A DNA stretch of 64,000 bases from Eledone cirrhosa (GCA_964016885.1 OZ024746.1:12090001-12154000); one strand, 5' to 3'. Positions 41,901 to 56,053 are shown, counted from the stretch's first letter. Translations and numbers: made by a program. The notes: generated from the sequence alone by a model not told the origin.

Positions 41901-44900
41901 TGACAGAGTATTTTGTGTTAGGAAGACATTGTGTTGTGAGAGAGTATTTAGTGTTAGGAAGATATTTTGTTGTGAGAGAGTATTTAGTGTTAGGAAGATA
42001 TTGTGTTGTGAGAGAGTATTTAGTGTTAGGAAGACATTGTGTTGTGAGAGAGTATTTAGCGTTAGGAAGATATTGTGTTGTGTGAGAGTATTTAGAGTTA
42101 GGAAGATATTGTGTTGTGAGAGAGTATTTAGTGTTAGGAAGACATTGTGTTGTGAGATAGTATTTAGTGTTAGGAAGATATTGTGTTGTGTGAGAGTATT
42201 TAGAGTTAGGAAGACATTGTGTTGTGAGAGAGTATTTTGTGTTAGGAAGACATTGTGTTGTGAGAGAGTATTTAGTGTTAGGAAGACATTGTGTTGTGAG
42301 AGAGTATTTAGTGTTAGGAAGATATTGAGTTGTGAGAGAGTATTTAGTGTTAGGAAGACATTGTGTTGTGTGAGAGTATTTAGTGTTAGGAAGACATTGT
42401 GTTGTGAGAGAGTATTTAGTGTTAGGAAGACATTGTGTTGTGAGAGAGTATTTAGTGTTAGGAAGATATTGTGTTGTGTGAGAGTATTTAGAGTTAGGAA
42501 GACATTGTGTTGTGAGAGAGTATTTAGTGTTAGGAAGACATTCTGTTGTGAGAGAGTATTTAGTGTTAGGAAGACATTGTGTTGTGTGAGAGTATTTAGT
42601 GTTAGGAAGACATTGTGTTGTGAGAGAGTATTTAGTGTTAGGAAGACATTGTGTTGTGAGAGAGTATTTAGTGTTAGGAAGATATTGTGTTGTGAGAGAG
42701 TATTTAGTGTTAGGAAGATATTGTGTTGTGAGAGAGTATTTAGTGTTAGGAAGATATTGTGTTGTGAGAGAGTATTTAGTGTTAGGAAGATATTGTGTTG
42801 TGAGAGAGTATTTAGTGTTAGGAAGATATTGTGTTGTGAGAGAGTATTTAGTGTTAGGAAGATATTGTGTTGTGAGAGAGTATTTAGTGTTAGGAAGATA
42901 TTGTGTTGTGAGAGAGTATTTAGTGTTAGGAAGATATTGTGTTGTGAGAGAGTATTTAGTGTTAGGAAGATATTGTGTTGTGAGAGAGTATCTAGTGTTA
43001 GGAAGATATTGTGTTGTGAGAGAGTATTTAGTGTTAGGAAGATATTGTGTTGTGAGAGAGTATTTAGTGTTAGGAAGATATTGTGTTGTGAGAGAGTATT
43101 TAGTGTTAGGAAGATATTGTGTTGTGTGAGAGTATTTAGTGTTAGGAAGATATTGTGTTGTGAGAGAGTATTTAGTGTTAGGAAGATATTGTGTTGTGTG
43201 AGAGTATTTTGTGTTAGGAAGATATTGTGTTGTGAGAGAGTATTTTGTGTTAGGAAGATATTGTGTTGTGAGAGAGTATTTTGTGTTAGGAAGATATTGT
43301 GTTGTGAGAGAGTATTTAGTGTTAGGAAGATATTGTGTTGTGAGAGAGTATTTAGTTTTAGGAGGACATTGTGTTGTGAGAGAGTATTTAGTGTTAGGAA
43401 GATATTGTGTTGTGAGAGAGTATTTAGTTTTAGGAAGACATTGTGTTGTGAGAGAGTATTTAGTGTTACGAAGACATTGTGTTGTGAGAGAGTATTTAGT
43501 GTTAGGAAGATATTGTGTTGTGAGATAGTATTTAGTGTTAGGAAGATATTGTGTTGTGAGAGAGTATTTAGTGTTAGGAAGATATTGTGTTGTGAGAGAG
43601 TATTTAGTGTCAGGAAGATATTGTGTCGTGAGAGAGTATTTAGTGTTAGGAAGATATTGTGTTGTGAGATAGTATTTAGTGTTAGGAAGATATTGTGTTG
43701 TGAGATAGTAATTAGTGTTAGGAAGACATTGTGTTGTAAGAGAGTATTTAGTGTTACGAAGACATTGTGTTGTGAGAGAGTATTTAGTGTTAGGAAGATA
43801 TTGTGTTGTGAGATAGTATTTAGTGTTAGGAAGATATTGTGTTGTGAGAGAGTATTTAGTGTTAGGAAGATATTGTGTTGTGAGAGAGTATTTAGTGTTA
43901 GGAAGATATTGTGTTGTGAGATAGTATTTAGTGTTAGGAAGATATTGTGTTGTGAGAGAGTATTTAGTGTTAGGAAGATGTTGTGTGAGAGTATTTAGTG
44001 TTAGGAAGATATTGTGTTGTGAGAGAGTATTTAGTGTTAGGAAGATATTTTGTTGTGAGAGAGTATTTAGTGTTAGGAAGATATTTTGTTGTGAGAGAGT
44101 ATTTAGTGTTAGGAAGACATTGTGTTGTGAGAGAGTATTTAGCGTTAGGAAGATATTGTGTTGTGAGAGAGTATTTAGTGTTAGGAAGATATTGTGTTGT
44201 GAGAGAGTATTTAGTGTTATGAAGACATTGTGTTGTGAGAGAGTATTTAGTGTTAGGAAGACCTTGTGTTGTGAGAGAGTATTTAGTGTTAGGAAGATAT
44301 TGTGTTGGGAGAGAGTATTTAGTGTTAGGAAGATATTGTGTTGTGAGAGAGTATTTAGTGTTAGGAAGATATTGTGTTGTGAGAGAGTATTTAGTGTTAG
44401 GAAGATATTGTGTTGTGAGATAGTATTTAGTGTTAGGAAGATATTGTGTTGTGAGATAGTAATTAGTGTTAGGAAGACCTTGTGTTGTAAGAGAGTATTT
44501 AGTGTTACGAAGACATTGTGTTGTGAGAGAGTATTTAGTGTTAGGAAGATATTGTGTTGTGAGATAGTATTTAGTGTTAGGAATATATTGTGTTGTGAGA
44601 GAGTATTTAGTGTTAGGAAGATATTGTGTTGTGAGAGAGTATTTAGTGTTAGGAAGACATTGTGTTGTGAGAGAGTATTTAGTGTTAGGAAGATATTGTG
44701 TTGTGAGAGAGTATTTAGTGTTAGGAAGATATTGTGTTGTGAGAGAGTATTTTGTGTTAGGAAAACATTGTGTTGTGAGAGAGTATTTAGTGTTAGGAAG
44801 ATATTGTGTTGTGAGAGAATATTTTGTGTTAGGAAGACATTGTGTTGTGAGAGAGTATTTAGTGTTACGAAGACATTGTGTTGTGAGAGAGTATTTAGTG

Positions 44901-47900
44901 TTACGAAGACATTGTGTTGTGAGAGAGTATTTAGTGTTAGGAAGACATTGTGTTGTGAGAGAGTATTTAGTGTTAGGAAGACATTGTGTTGTGAGAGAGT
45001 ATTTAGTGTTACGAAGACATTGTGTTGTGAGAGAGTATTTAGTGTTACGAAGACATTGTGTTGTGAGAGAGTATTTAGTGTTACGAAGACATTGTGTTGT
45101 AAGAGAGTATTTAGTGTTAGGAAGATATTGTGTTGTGAGAGAGTATTTAGTGTTAGGAAGACATTGTGTTGTGAGAGAGTATTTAGTGTTAGGAAGACAT
45201 TGTGTTGTGAGAGAGTATTTAGTGTTACGAAGACATTGTGTTGTGAGAGAGTATTTAGTGTTACGAAGACATTGTGTTGTGAGAGAGTATTTAGTGTTAG
45301 GAAGACATTGTGTTGTGAGAGAGTATTTAGTGTTAGGAAGACATTGTGTTGTGAGAGAGTATTTAGTGTTACGAAGACATTGTGTTGTGAGAGAGTATTT
45401 AGTGTTAGGAAGATATTGTGTTGTGAGAGAGTATTTAGTGTTAGGAAGATATTGTGTTGTGTGAGAGTATTTAGTGTTAGGAAGATATTGTGTTGTGTGA
45501 GAGTATTTAGTGTTAGGAAGATATTGTGTTGTGAGAGAGTATTTTGTGTTAGGAAGATATTGTGTTGTGAGAGAGTATTTAGTGTTGGGAAGATATTGTG
45601 TTGTGAGAGAGTATTTAGTGTTAGGAAGATATTGTGTTGTGAGAGCGTATTTAGTTTTAGGAAGACATTGTGTTGTGAGAGAGTATTTAGTGTTACGAAG
45701 ACATTGTGTTGTGAGAGAGTATTTAGTGTTAGGAAGATATTGTGTTGTGAGATAGTATTTAGTGTTAGGAAGATATTGTGTTGTGAGAGAGTATTTAGTG
45801 TTAGGAAGATATTGTGTTGTGAGAGAGTATTTAGTTTTAGGAAGACATTGTGTTGTGAGAGAGTATTTAGTGTTATGAAGACATTGTGTTGTGAGAGAGT
45901 ATTTAGTGTTAGGAAGACCTTGTGTTGTGAGAGAGTATTTAGTGTTAGGAAGATATTGTGTTGTGAGAGAGTATTTAGTGTTAGGAAGATATTGTGTTGT
46001 GAGAGAGTATTTAGTGTTAGGAAGATATTGTGTTGTGAGAGAGTATTTAGTGTTAGGAAGATATTGTGTTGTGAGATAGTATTTAGTGTTAGGAAGATAT
46101 TGTGTTGTGAGATAGTAATTAGTGTTAGGAAGACATTGTGTTGTGAGAGAGTATTTAGTGTTAGGAAGATATTGTGTTATGTAAGAGTATTTAGAGTTAG
46201 GAAGACATTGTGTTGTGACAGAGTATTTTGTGTTAGGAAGACATTGTGTTGTGAGAGAGTATTTAGTGTTAGGAAGATATTGTGTTGTGTGAGAGTATTT
46301 AGAGTTAGGAAGACATTGTGTTGTGAGAGAGTATTTAGTGTTAGGAAGACATTGTGTTGTGAGAGAGTATTTAGTGTTACGAAGATATTGTGTTGTGAGA
46401 GAGTATTTAGTGTTAGGAAGACATTGTGTTGTGAGAGAGTATTTAGCGTTAGGAAGATATTGTGTTGTGTGAGAGTATTTAGAGTTAGGAAGACATTGTG
46501 TTGTGAGAGAGTATTTTGTGTTAGGAAGATATTGTGTTGTGTGAGAGTATTTAGAGTTAGGAAGACATTGTGTTGTGAGAGAGTATTTAGTGTTAGGAAG
46601 ACATTGTGTTGTGAGAGAGTATTTAGTGTTACGAAGATATTGTGTTGTGAGAGAGTATTTAGTGTTAGGAAGACATTGTGTTGTGAGAGAGTATTTAGCG
46701 TTAGGAAGATATTGTGTTGTGTGAGAGTATTTAGAGTTAGGAAGACATTGTGTTGTGAGAGAGTATTTTGTGTTAGGAAGACATTGTGTTGTGAGAGAGT
46801 ATTTAGTGTTAGGAAGACATTGTGTTGTGAGAGAGTATTTAGTGTTAGGAAGACATTGTGTTGTGAGAGAGTATTTAGTGTTAAGAAGAAATTGTGTTGT
46901 GTGAGAGTATTTAGAGTTAGGAAGACATTGTGTTGTGAGAGAGTATTTAGTGTTAGGAAGACATTCTGTTGTGAGAGAGTATTTAGTGTTAGGAAGACAT
47001 TGTGTTGTGTGAGAGTATTTAGTGTTAGGAAGACATTGTGTTGTGAGAGAGTATTTAGTGTTAGGAAGATATTGTGTTGTGAGAGAGTATTTAGTGTTAG
47101 GAAGATATTGTGTTGTGAGAGAGTATTTAGTGTTAGGAAGATATTGTGTTGTGAGAGAGTATTTAGTGTTAGGAAGATATTGTGTTGTGAGAGAGTATTT
47201 AGTGTTAGGAAGATATTGTGTTGTGAGAGAGTATTTAGTGTTAGGAAGATATTGTGTTGTGAGAGAGTATTTAGTGTTAGGAAGATATTGTGTTGTGAGA
47301 GAGTATCTAGTGTTAGGAAGATATTGTGTTGTGAGAGAGTATTTAGTGTTAGGAAGATATTGTGTTGTGAGAGAGTATATTGTGTTAGGAAGACATTGTG
47401 TTGTGAGAGAGTATTTAGTGTTAGGAAGATATTGTGTTGTGAGAGAGTATTTAGTGTTAGGAAGATATTGTGTTGAGAGAGAGTATTTAGTGTTAGGAAG
47501 ATATTGTGTTGAGAGAGAGTATTTAGTGTTAGGAAGATATTGTGTTGTGAGAGAGTATTTAGTGTTAGGAAGACATTGTGTTGAGAGAGAGTATTTAGTG
47601 TTAGGAAGATATTGTCTTGTGAGATAGTATTTAGTGTTAGGAAGACATTGTGTTGTGAGAGAGTATTTTGTGTTAGGAAGACATTGTGTTGTGAGATAGT
47701 ATTTAGTGTTAGGAAGACATTGTGTTGTGAGATAGTATTTAGTGTTAGGAAGATATTGTGTTGTGAGAGAGTATTTAGTGTTAGGAAGATATTGTGTTGT
47801 GAGAGAGTATTTTGTGTTAGGAAGATATTGTGTTGTGAGATAGTATTTAGTGTTAGGAAGACATTGTGTTGTGAGATAGTATTTAGTTTTAGGAAGATAT

Positions 47901-50895
47901 TGTGTTGTGAGAGAGTATTTAGTGTTAGGAAGATATTGTGTTGTGAGAGAATATTTTGTGTTAGGAAGACATTGTGTTGTGAGAGAGTATTTAGTGTTAC
48001 GAAGACATTGTGTTGTGAGAGAGTATTTAGTGTTAGGAAGATATTGTGTTGTGAGAGAGTATTTAGTGTTAGGAAGACATTGTGTTGTGAGAGAGTATTT
48101 AGTGTTAGGAAGACATTGTGTTGTGAGAGAGTATTTAGTGTTACGAAGACATTGTGTTGTGAGAGAGTATTTAGTGTTACGAAGACATTGTGTTGTGAGA
48201 GAGTATTTAGTGTTAGGAAGACATTGTGTTGTGAGAGAGTATTTAGTGTTACGAAGACATTGTGTTGTGAGAGAGTATTTAGTGTTAGGAAGATATTGTG
48301 TTGTGAGAGAATATTTTGTGTTAGGAAGACATTGTGTTGTGAGAGAGTATTTAGTGTTACGAAGACATTGTGTTGTGAGAGAGTATTTAGTGTTAGGAAG
48401 ATATTGTGTTGTGAGAGAGTATTTAGTGTTAGGAAGATATTGTGTTGTGAGAGAATATTTTGTGTTAGGAAGACATTGTGTTGTGAGAGAGTATTTAGTG
48501 TTACGAAGACATTGTGTTGTGAGAGAGTATTTAGTGTTACGAAGACATTGTGTTGTGAGAGAGTATTTAGTGTTAGGAAGACATTGTGTTGTGAGAGAGT
48601 ATTTAGTGTTAGGAAGACATTGTGTTGTGAGAGAGTATTTAGTGTTACGAAGACATTGTGTTGTGAGAGAGTATTTAGTGTTACGAAGACATTGTGTTGT
48701 GAGAGAGTATTTAGTGTTAGGAAGACATTGTGTTGTGAGAGAGTATTTAGTGTTAGGAAGACATTGTGTTGTGAGAGAGTATTTAGTGTTACGAAGACAT
48801 TGTGTTGTGAGAGAGTATTTAGTGTTAGGAAGATATTGTGTTGTGAGAGAGTATTTAGTGTTAGGAAGATATTGTGTTGTGTGAGAGTATTTAGTGTTAG
48901 GAAGATATTGTGTTGTGAGAGAGTATTTTGTGTTAGGAAGATATTGTGTTGTGAGAGAGTATTTAGTGTTAGGAAGACATTGTGTTGTGAGAGAGTATTT
49001 AGTGTTAGGAAGATATTGTGTTGTGTGAGAGTATTTAGTGTTAGGAAGATATTGTGTTGTGAGAGAGTATTTAGAGTTAGGAAGATATTGTGTTGTGAGA
49101 GAGTATTTAGTGTTAGGAAGATATTGTGTTGTGTGAGAGTATTTAGTGTTAGGAAGATATTGTGTTGTGTGAGAGTATTTAGTGTTAGGAAGATATTGTG
49201 TTGTGAGAGAGTATTTAGAGTTAGGAAGATATTGTGTTGTGTGAGAGTATTTAGTGTTAGGAAGATATTGTGTTGTGAGAGAGTATTTAGAGTTAGGAAG
49301 ATATTGTGTTGTGAGAGAGTATTTAGTGTTAGGAAGATATTGTGTTGTGAGAGAGTATTTAGTGTTAGGAAGATATTGTGTTGTGATAGAGTATTTAGAG
49401 TTAGGAAGACATTGTGTTGTGAGAGAGTATTTTGTGTTAGGAAGATATTGTGTTGTGAGAGAGTATTTAGTGTTAGGAAGATATTGTGTTGTGTGAGAGT
49501 ATTTAGTGTTAGGAAGATATTGTGTTGTGAGAGAGTATTTAGTGTTAGGAAGATATTGTGTTGTGTGAGAGTATTTTGTGTTAGGAAGATATTGTGTTGT
49601 GAGAGAGTATTTAGTGTTAGGAAGATATTGTGTTGTGTGAGAGTATTTAGTGTTAGGAAGATATTGTGTTGTGAGAGAGTATTTAGTGTTAGGAAGATAT
49701 TGTGTTGTGAGAGAGTATTCAGTGTTAGGAAGATATTGTGTTGTGAGAGAGTATTTAGTGTTAGGAAGGTATTGTGTTGTGAGAGAGTATTTAGTGTTAG
49801 GAAGATATTGTGTTGTGAGAGAGTATTTAGTGTTAGGAAGATATTGTGTTGTCAGAGAGTATTTAGTGTTAGGAAGATATTGTGTTGTGAGAGAGTAGTT
49901 AGTGTTAGGAAGATATTGTGTTGTGAGAGAGTATTTAGTGTTAGGAAGATATTGTGTTGTGAGAGAGTATTTAGTGTTAGGAAGATATTGTGTTGTGAGA
50001 GAGTATTTAGTGTTAGGAAGATATTGTGTTGTGAGAGAGTATTTAGTGTTAGGAAGGTATTGTGTTGTGTGAGAGTATTTAGTGTTAGGAAGGTATTGTG
50101 TTGTGAGAGAGTATTTAGTGTTAGGAAGACCTTGTGTTGTGAGAGAGTATTTAGTGTTAGGAAGGTATTGTGTTGTGAGAGAGTATTTTGTGTTAGGAAG
50201 ACATTGTGTTGTGAGAGTGTATTTAGTGTTAGGAAGATATTGTGTTGTGAGAGAGTATTTAGTGTTAGGAAGATATTGTGTTGTGAGAGAGTATTTAGTG
50301 TTAGGAAGATATTGTGTTGTGAGAGAGTATTTAGTGTTAGGAAGATATTGTGTTGTGAGAGAGTATTTAGTGTTAGGAAGATATTGTGTTGTGTGAGAGT
50401 ATTTAGTGTTAGGAAGGTATTGTGTTGTGAGAGAGTATTTAGTGTTAGGAAGACCTTGTGTTGTGAGAGAGTATTTAGTGTTAGGAAGGTATTGTGTTGT
50501 GAGAGAGTATTTTGTGTTAGGAAGACATTGTGTTGTGAGAGAGTATTTAGTGTTAGGAAGATATTGTGTTGTGAGAGAGTATTTAGTGTTAGGAAGATAT
50601 TGTGTTGTGTGAGAGTATTTAGTGTTAGGAAGGTATTGTGTTGTGAGAGAGTATTTAGTGTTAGGAAGACCTTGTGTTGTGAGAGAGTATTTAGTGTTAG
50701 GAAGGTATTGTGTTGTGAGAGAGTATTTTGTGTAAGAAAGCATTGTGTTGTGAGAGAGTATTTAGTGTTGGGAAGATATTGTGTTGTGAGAGAGTATTTA
50801 GTGTTAGGAAGATATTGTGTTGTGAGAGAGTATTTAGTGTTAGGAAGATATTGTGTTGTGAGAGAGTATTTAGTGTTAGGAAGGTATTGTGTTGT
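38920..50895. repeat. ~12-kb tandem array of a 36-bp unit (TGTTGTGAGAGAGTATTTAGTGTTAGGAAGATATTG), ~330 copies, intronic
   Basis: Head-to-tail units without spacers, recurrent point variants and few indels (~39545, ~41190-41210, ~43980, ~50735). Confidence 0.98.
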
Positions 50896-51515
50896 AACCT
50901 GTTACTTTTTTCAACCTCCAATTAATGCTTTTAATGCTTAGTATCATTTACTTGTCGTCAGGTTTGAACCCATGACCATTGAATTACTAATAGCTAAACA
51001 TGTGTTTTAGATATTAGACTGAATTAACAAGCAACCATATTGTTTCAGGAATTGAAATTCCTATATAAGATCATTTTGAAAATAAATAAATTCTTTAAAT
51101 CTGTATTGTTCTGTATTTGTTATAAACTATAAACTAATCTTGCATGTAGCTTTTATTGTTGTGGAATCTCTTATACAATAGCAGGGGATTCGGCATGGTT
51201 GGAATGATGGGTTTAACAAGAGATGGACTGTTGTACACTTATTTTCACATACTGCCTGTAATTGGGACTAGAACCAAGTTTCTGTAGTAAGGTAGACTCT
51301 GGTTTGGGTCTGATCACCATAACTGCTGACTTTTCTAGGCCCACAGGAGGACTTGAACTTACAAATGAAAGCCAAGAAAAATATTTAACCATACAATACT
51401 TTCACTTTTTGTGATTATCTGTAACTTTCCATTGTAGTTATTTAAATAGAATGAGATGCTGTTGTCTTATAGAAGGATAAAGTCAACCAATCATTTAACT
51501 GCTTGTCATGAACCC

Positions 51516-51546
<31 letters not shown>

Positions 51547-51969
51547 CTTCACTCCGGCAGTCTTATACATTGAGTTACACCATACTAGTAAAGTTTGTAA
51601 GTGCTGACAATGCCATTAGATAATTTTATTTACTGAATAATGAAATCAATTACAAAATTACTGTATTAGGTGGCATATAGAACCACTGGGCATATAAGAC
51701 ATTTCAGCTGGGAATATTAGGAGAAAAAACATTAGCCTACCAGATACTCCAACTTTACATATAAGAGATTGGTCATATTTTTTTTTAGCTATTTTTTGTC
51801 ATAAAAAATAGTGATGTTAGAATTATGAGGCAAAACTATTCACTAGATAACAAAAGGAAAGAAAATAAGTAACTTATTCATTAGTTTAGACTTCATTGTT
51901 TGTTGTTTCATCAATAATGATTGCTAAATTTTCCAAACTTATTCTGGTTATTTTGCATAATAATAATAA

Positions 51970-52500
51970 TAATTGTTTCTACTTTAGGCACAAGGCCAGC
52001 AATTACACAGTGCATTACTGGTACTTTATTTTATCGACCTCGTAAGGATGAAAGGCAAAGTTAACCTCGGCGGGATTTGAACTCAGATCGTAAAGAGACG
52101 TAACTATGCTGGAAAGCATGGCGTCCGACCCTCTACCGATACTGCCAATCCGCTGCCCTATAATAATAATAATCCACCGCATAATAATAATAAAAATAAT
52201 GGTTTCTTATATAGGTACAAGGCCAGCAATTTTTGGGGAGGGGATAGTCGATTAAATCGACCCCAGTGTGTGACTGGTACTTTATTTTATTGACCCCATA
52301 AGGACAAAAGGTAAATTTGAACTCAGAACGTAAATGGCCATACGTAGTAGTAATAATAATAATAATAACAATAATAATCATTTTTTTCTACAAGGCTAGC
52401 AATTACCCCAGTGTATTACTGGTGCTTTATTTTATTGACCCTGTAAGGATGAAAGGCAAAGTTAACCGTGGCAGGATTTGAACTCAGATTGTAAAGGGTA
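51970..52500 (-). mobile_element. Three tandem tRNA-SINE copies (antisense)
   Basis: Full copy at 51970-52158 plus two partial copies, separated by (TAA)n. Confidence 0.85.
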
Positions 52501-55500
52501 GTAAATTTTTTTTTTTAACAATAATAGTAATTTTCAATCTTACTAATAAATTAGAATATTTTTGAATGCCTAACATGGAAAAGAGACAAATGCTGATAGC
52601 AATGAACAAGTTATTAAACAAAGCATCAGGAAAGTAATTAAAGTTATCTCTTAAGCAATTTAATGATTCTATGCTTGGATTAATGTAAAACTCCTTATTG
52701 CCAATATTGAAAGTATTGTCGACTTTCTATTTAATTAGTAGTCTTTCCTTTTAGTAATTTGTTAGTAGTTGGTAAAGTGATTGAGGTGCTACAGGTGAGC
52801 TAGACAGCTAGCTGTTATTTACAACTATTTACAACCTGGTGATACATATTTCTGTTCTCATTTGAAAATAGCAAATCATCATTTATCTTGAAAAATAAGA
52901 AAAAATAAGATTATGGAACACTGACTATAAGACATTTCGATCTTTCCAGTTGGGTCATCCACCATCAAATTGTTCAAATTTGGTGATAGGTGAACTAAAG
53001 CTGACCCCACTTTTTAATCAGTATTAGTAGATAGTTTTTAGTCAGCTAGAAATTTGTTGTACAAATATCATCCCAGAACTGTGTAAATATTGGTAGAATA
53101 GGCATATATTTCAGGAGAAAAGATAATGCTTGTTTTCCCAAGAGCATTTGAGTTATAAGTGGAGTAAATAGGTTTCAATCAAGAATTGATACAATGTTGT
53201 GGATCAAACTGCTAGGAGTTTCTGATCCTTTTATGCCCCCCCACATACACACACCCACACCTCCCAATATTAGAATTATTGGGTTATTTTCTTTCACAAA
53301 CCATAGTCAGCTTTGCAAGGGATGGTGTATTGCTGATTGAATTAACGTAATATTGTACTGAAATTTATTTTATTCATCCTTTAGAAATAGATGATAAAGT
53401 TGATCAAAGTGTGATTTAAACTCACATCTTCAATGCCCTTTTAACCAAAACCATATTAGCATAGATATCATAAATAATCATTCAAAATATACTTTTAGTA
53501 TTGGTGTTTGAACACAAGTTTGCAAAATCAACATATTCTGATATTTTAAATTATATAAAAGTTTTCAAGATCTTAGAAAAGGGTACATGTATTACATCTT
53601 AATTGAATTTATTTTTACTTTATTTATTCTTTGGCTTACTAAAGGGTTGTTTAATAAATTATTCTAAACTTTTGCTGTCACAATCAGCATAAGGAAACAG
53701 TTAAATATTCTAAACAAGACAAGGAAAACAAGGTATGTGGTTGGCTTCTTATATTATTCAATTTAGTATATTGTCATTGTATACAAATACAACAGCAAGT
53801 TGATTGCAATGAAGACTATATTGAATGTGTTATATGGGTTTTTTCCTTCTGAGAAGAATTGTCTTTTCTTTTTTTGTCATTAAAAAAGTTGTTTAGTATT
53901 TTTCATAATTTCGTTGTTCTTAAATTTTTAATTGACAGATCAAAGCCAAGGAAAGATCCCCTTTGCTGGGCTTATTTCCAAGCAACGTAATTTACTTTTA
54001 CATCCCTAAAACCCCTCCTTTTAGTTATTTTGTTCCTTATATGTGTATGATTTATGTTGAAAGGCATAGACTATTTCATATGTGAAAAGAAGACTATTTC
54101 ATATGTGAAAAGAAGACTTTTATGTTTTATTTTAATTTAAATATTTTAAATCTTGGGTAATATTTTTATATTTTTAATTTTTCTCCCACATTAATAGTTA
54201 GTTTTTTTTTTTAAATCTAAAAATACTGTTATTGGTGGTATTATTGAGTAGCCCTAGGTATGGATTTAGCTTATGTCTTAGATATTACAGTACTACACAT
54301 TGGTTATAGGTCAAACTACATCATTAAATCAATGTTCTAACCATGACCATATCATCTTAATTGTTATCTTCAAATCTATGACTGAAGCCATGCGGTCCCA
54401 GGATTCTGAAGTTAGTTTATCTGCTAATTAAGCAGGTTGAGTAGCCATGTAAGAAGTTTCTTTATTGCATTAGATAGATACTATGGTTGGAAAAAGTGAT
54501 ATATTCTTAGAATAATTGATTGATTAGTAAAACAGACATTAACTGTTGTGTTTTGAAGACAACCAAATGAAAGTTAATCACTTCAGCTTGTTAAGAAATG
54601 TTGAATTTGCTTTTGTATAAAAATGTCATCACTGATTGGCAAAACTTATTTGAAGTAACTAAGATGTCATTGATTTTAATCAAATGACTTGACAGGAAAT
54701 TCCTTTATTTTATGCTCTCTAGTGGAAAATTACAAATTTCTTGCTTTACCTATGGAAGTAAAGCTTAGTGAAAATAGTTATTATTTTCAGTTCCTGGTTC
54801 CGTGTAAAATAGTGAGAATTGTTCTAATGATTGAGATAAACATGGATTCTTTCTTTTAACTGTTGTGCAATTGTTTTATGACTGATGTCTAACAAAAATA
54901 AATAAAATAAATAAACAAATACTACTAGCTTTTATGAAGGGGGGGGGGCGTCAACTGTTAAATGCCGATCTAGTGAACTAGACCATATATTTGTCTTGTA
55001 TATTGATAAGAATTTACTGAAGAAAATGTCATTTACTCTCAATGCTCTGCATGACATGAAACTGCATTAAGTACAAAACAACAGTAAGACCGTATGACAT
55101 TCAACATTATTTTACTTGACTTTATTCCAAATTTTCACAACAATCTGTCTAATATTATAAACATTTGTATTAACAAACCTGCTTTTAGATTTTTTTCTGC
55201 AAAATCATTAGAGGATGTTAAGAGTTAACAATCACAATCATCATCACCACCATTTAAAGAGAATACAGTTTAACAGCTCAAAACACTAATCAAATTTTAT
55301 AATTGTGGAAGATTTCCACCGTTTCTATTACAATCGTTCCCAAATATATGGAATTTACTATACATTGAGGGCAGAATTTGAGATTAACTTATTTGTATTT
55401 TGCTGTTTGTTTTAAATTTACTGTTGTAAATCTTCTTCCTAATAGTTAATGTAAAGAAATCACTATGGACTGGGCTTGCTAAAACTTCGGCTGAATGTGT

Positions 55501-55713
55501 GGCAATGCCATGATTTCATTCTTAATTGGAAGTTTAAGCAAGATACATTGTTACTAGCTTACATTAACAAACAGAGAAGAAACAATTGATTAACTTATTT
55601 GCGTTAGGAAGGGTATCTACTAATACAATGTAGGCTCTATTGTGGTTGAACAATTTAACCCATTGAAACATAGGCTGAAATATTTATTGCCACATCAAAA
55701 ATCAAACTATAAC

Positions 55714-56053
55714 ATTAGTTACCTGATGTGTAGATATTGCTAGTTGGAAATATATTAGAGTTACCTGATGTGTAGATATTGCTAGTTGGAAATATATTAG
55801 AGTTACCTGATGTGTAGATATTGCTAGTTGGAAATATATTAGAGTTACCTGATGTGTAGATATTGCTAGTTGGAAATATATTAGAGTTACCTGATGTGTA
55901 GATATTGCTAGTTGGAAATATAATATTAGAGTTACCTGATGTGTAGATATTGCTAGTTGGAAATATATTAGAGTTACCTGATGTGTAGATATTGTTAGTT
56001 GGAAATATAATATTAGAGTTACCTGATGTGTAGATATTGCTAGTTGGAAATAT
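55714..56053. repeat. 42-bp minisatellite x8 (gttacctgatgtgtagatattgctagttggaaatatattaga; two units +3 bp)
   Basis: Seen directly in the sequence; explains ORF 55702-56064. Confidence 0.95.

Noticed and set aside
38920-50895. CRISPR array (36-bp repeats)
   Set aside because: Units are head-to-tail with no unique spacers, there are no cas genes, and the context is a eukaryotic intron.
38953-50941. Giant Cys-rich and Thr-rich ORFs as genes
   Set aside because: They follow from a stop-free 36-bp unit: overlapping frames are open on both strands, and there is no signal peptide or unique domain. Kept only as a hypothesis in findings.
55446-55513. Possible terminal exon (VNVKKSLWTGLAKTSAECVAMP*)
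   Set aside because: Short, with no homology or other support.
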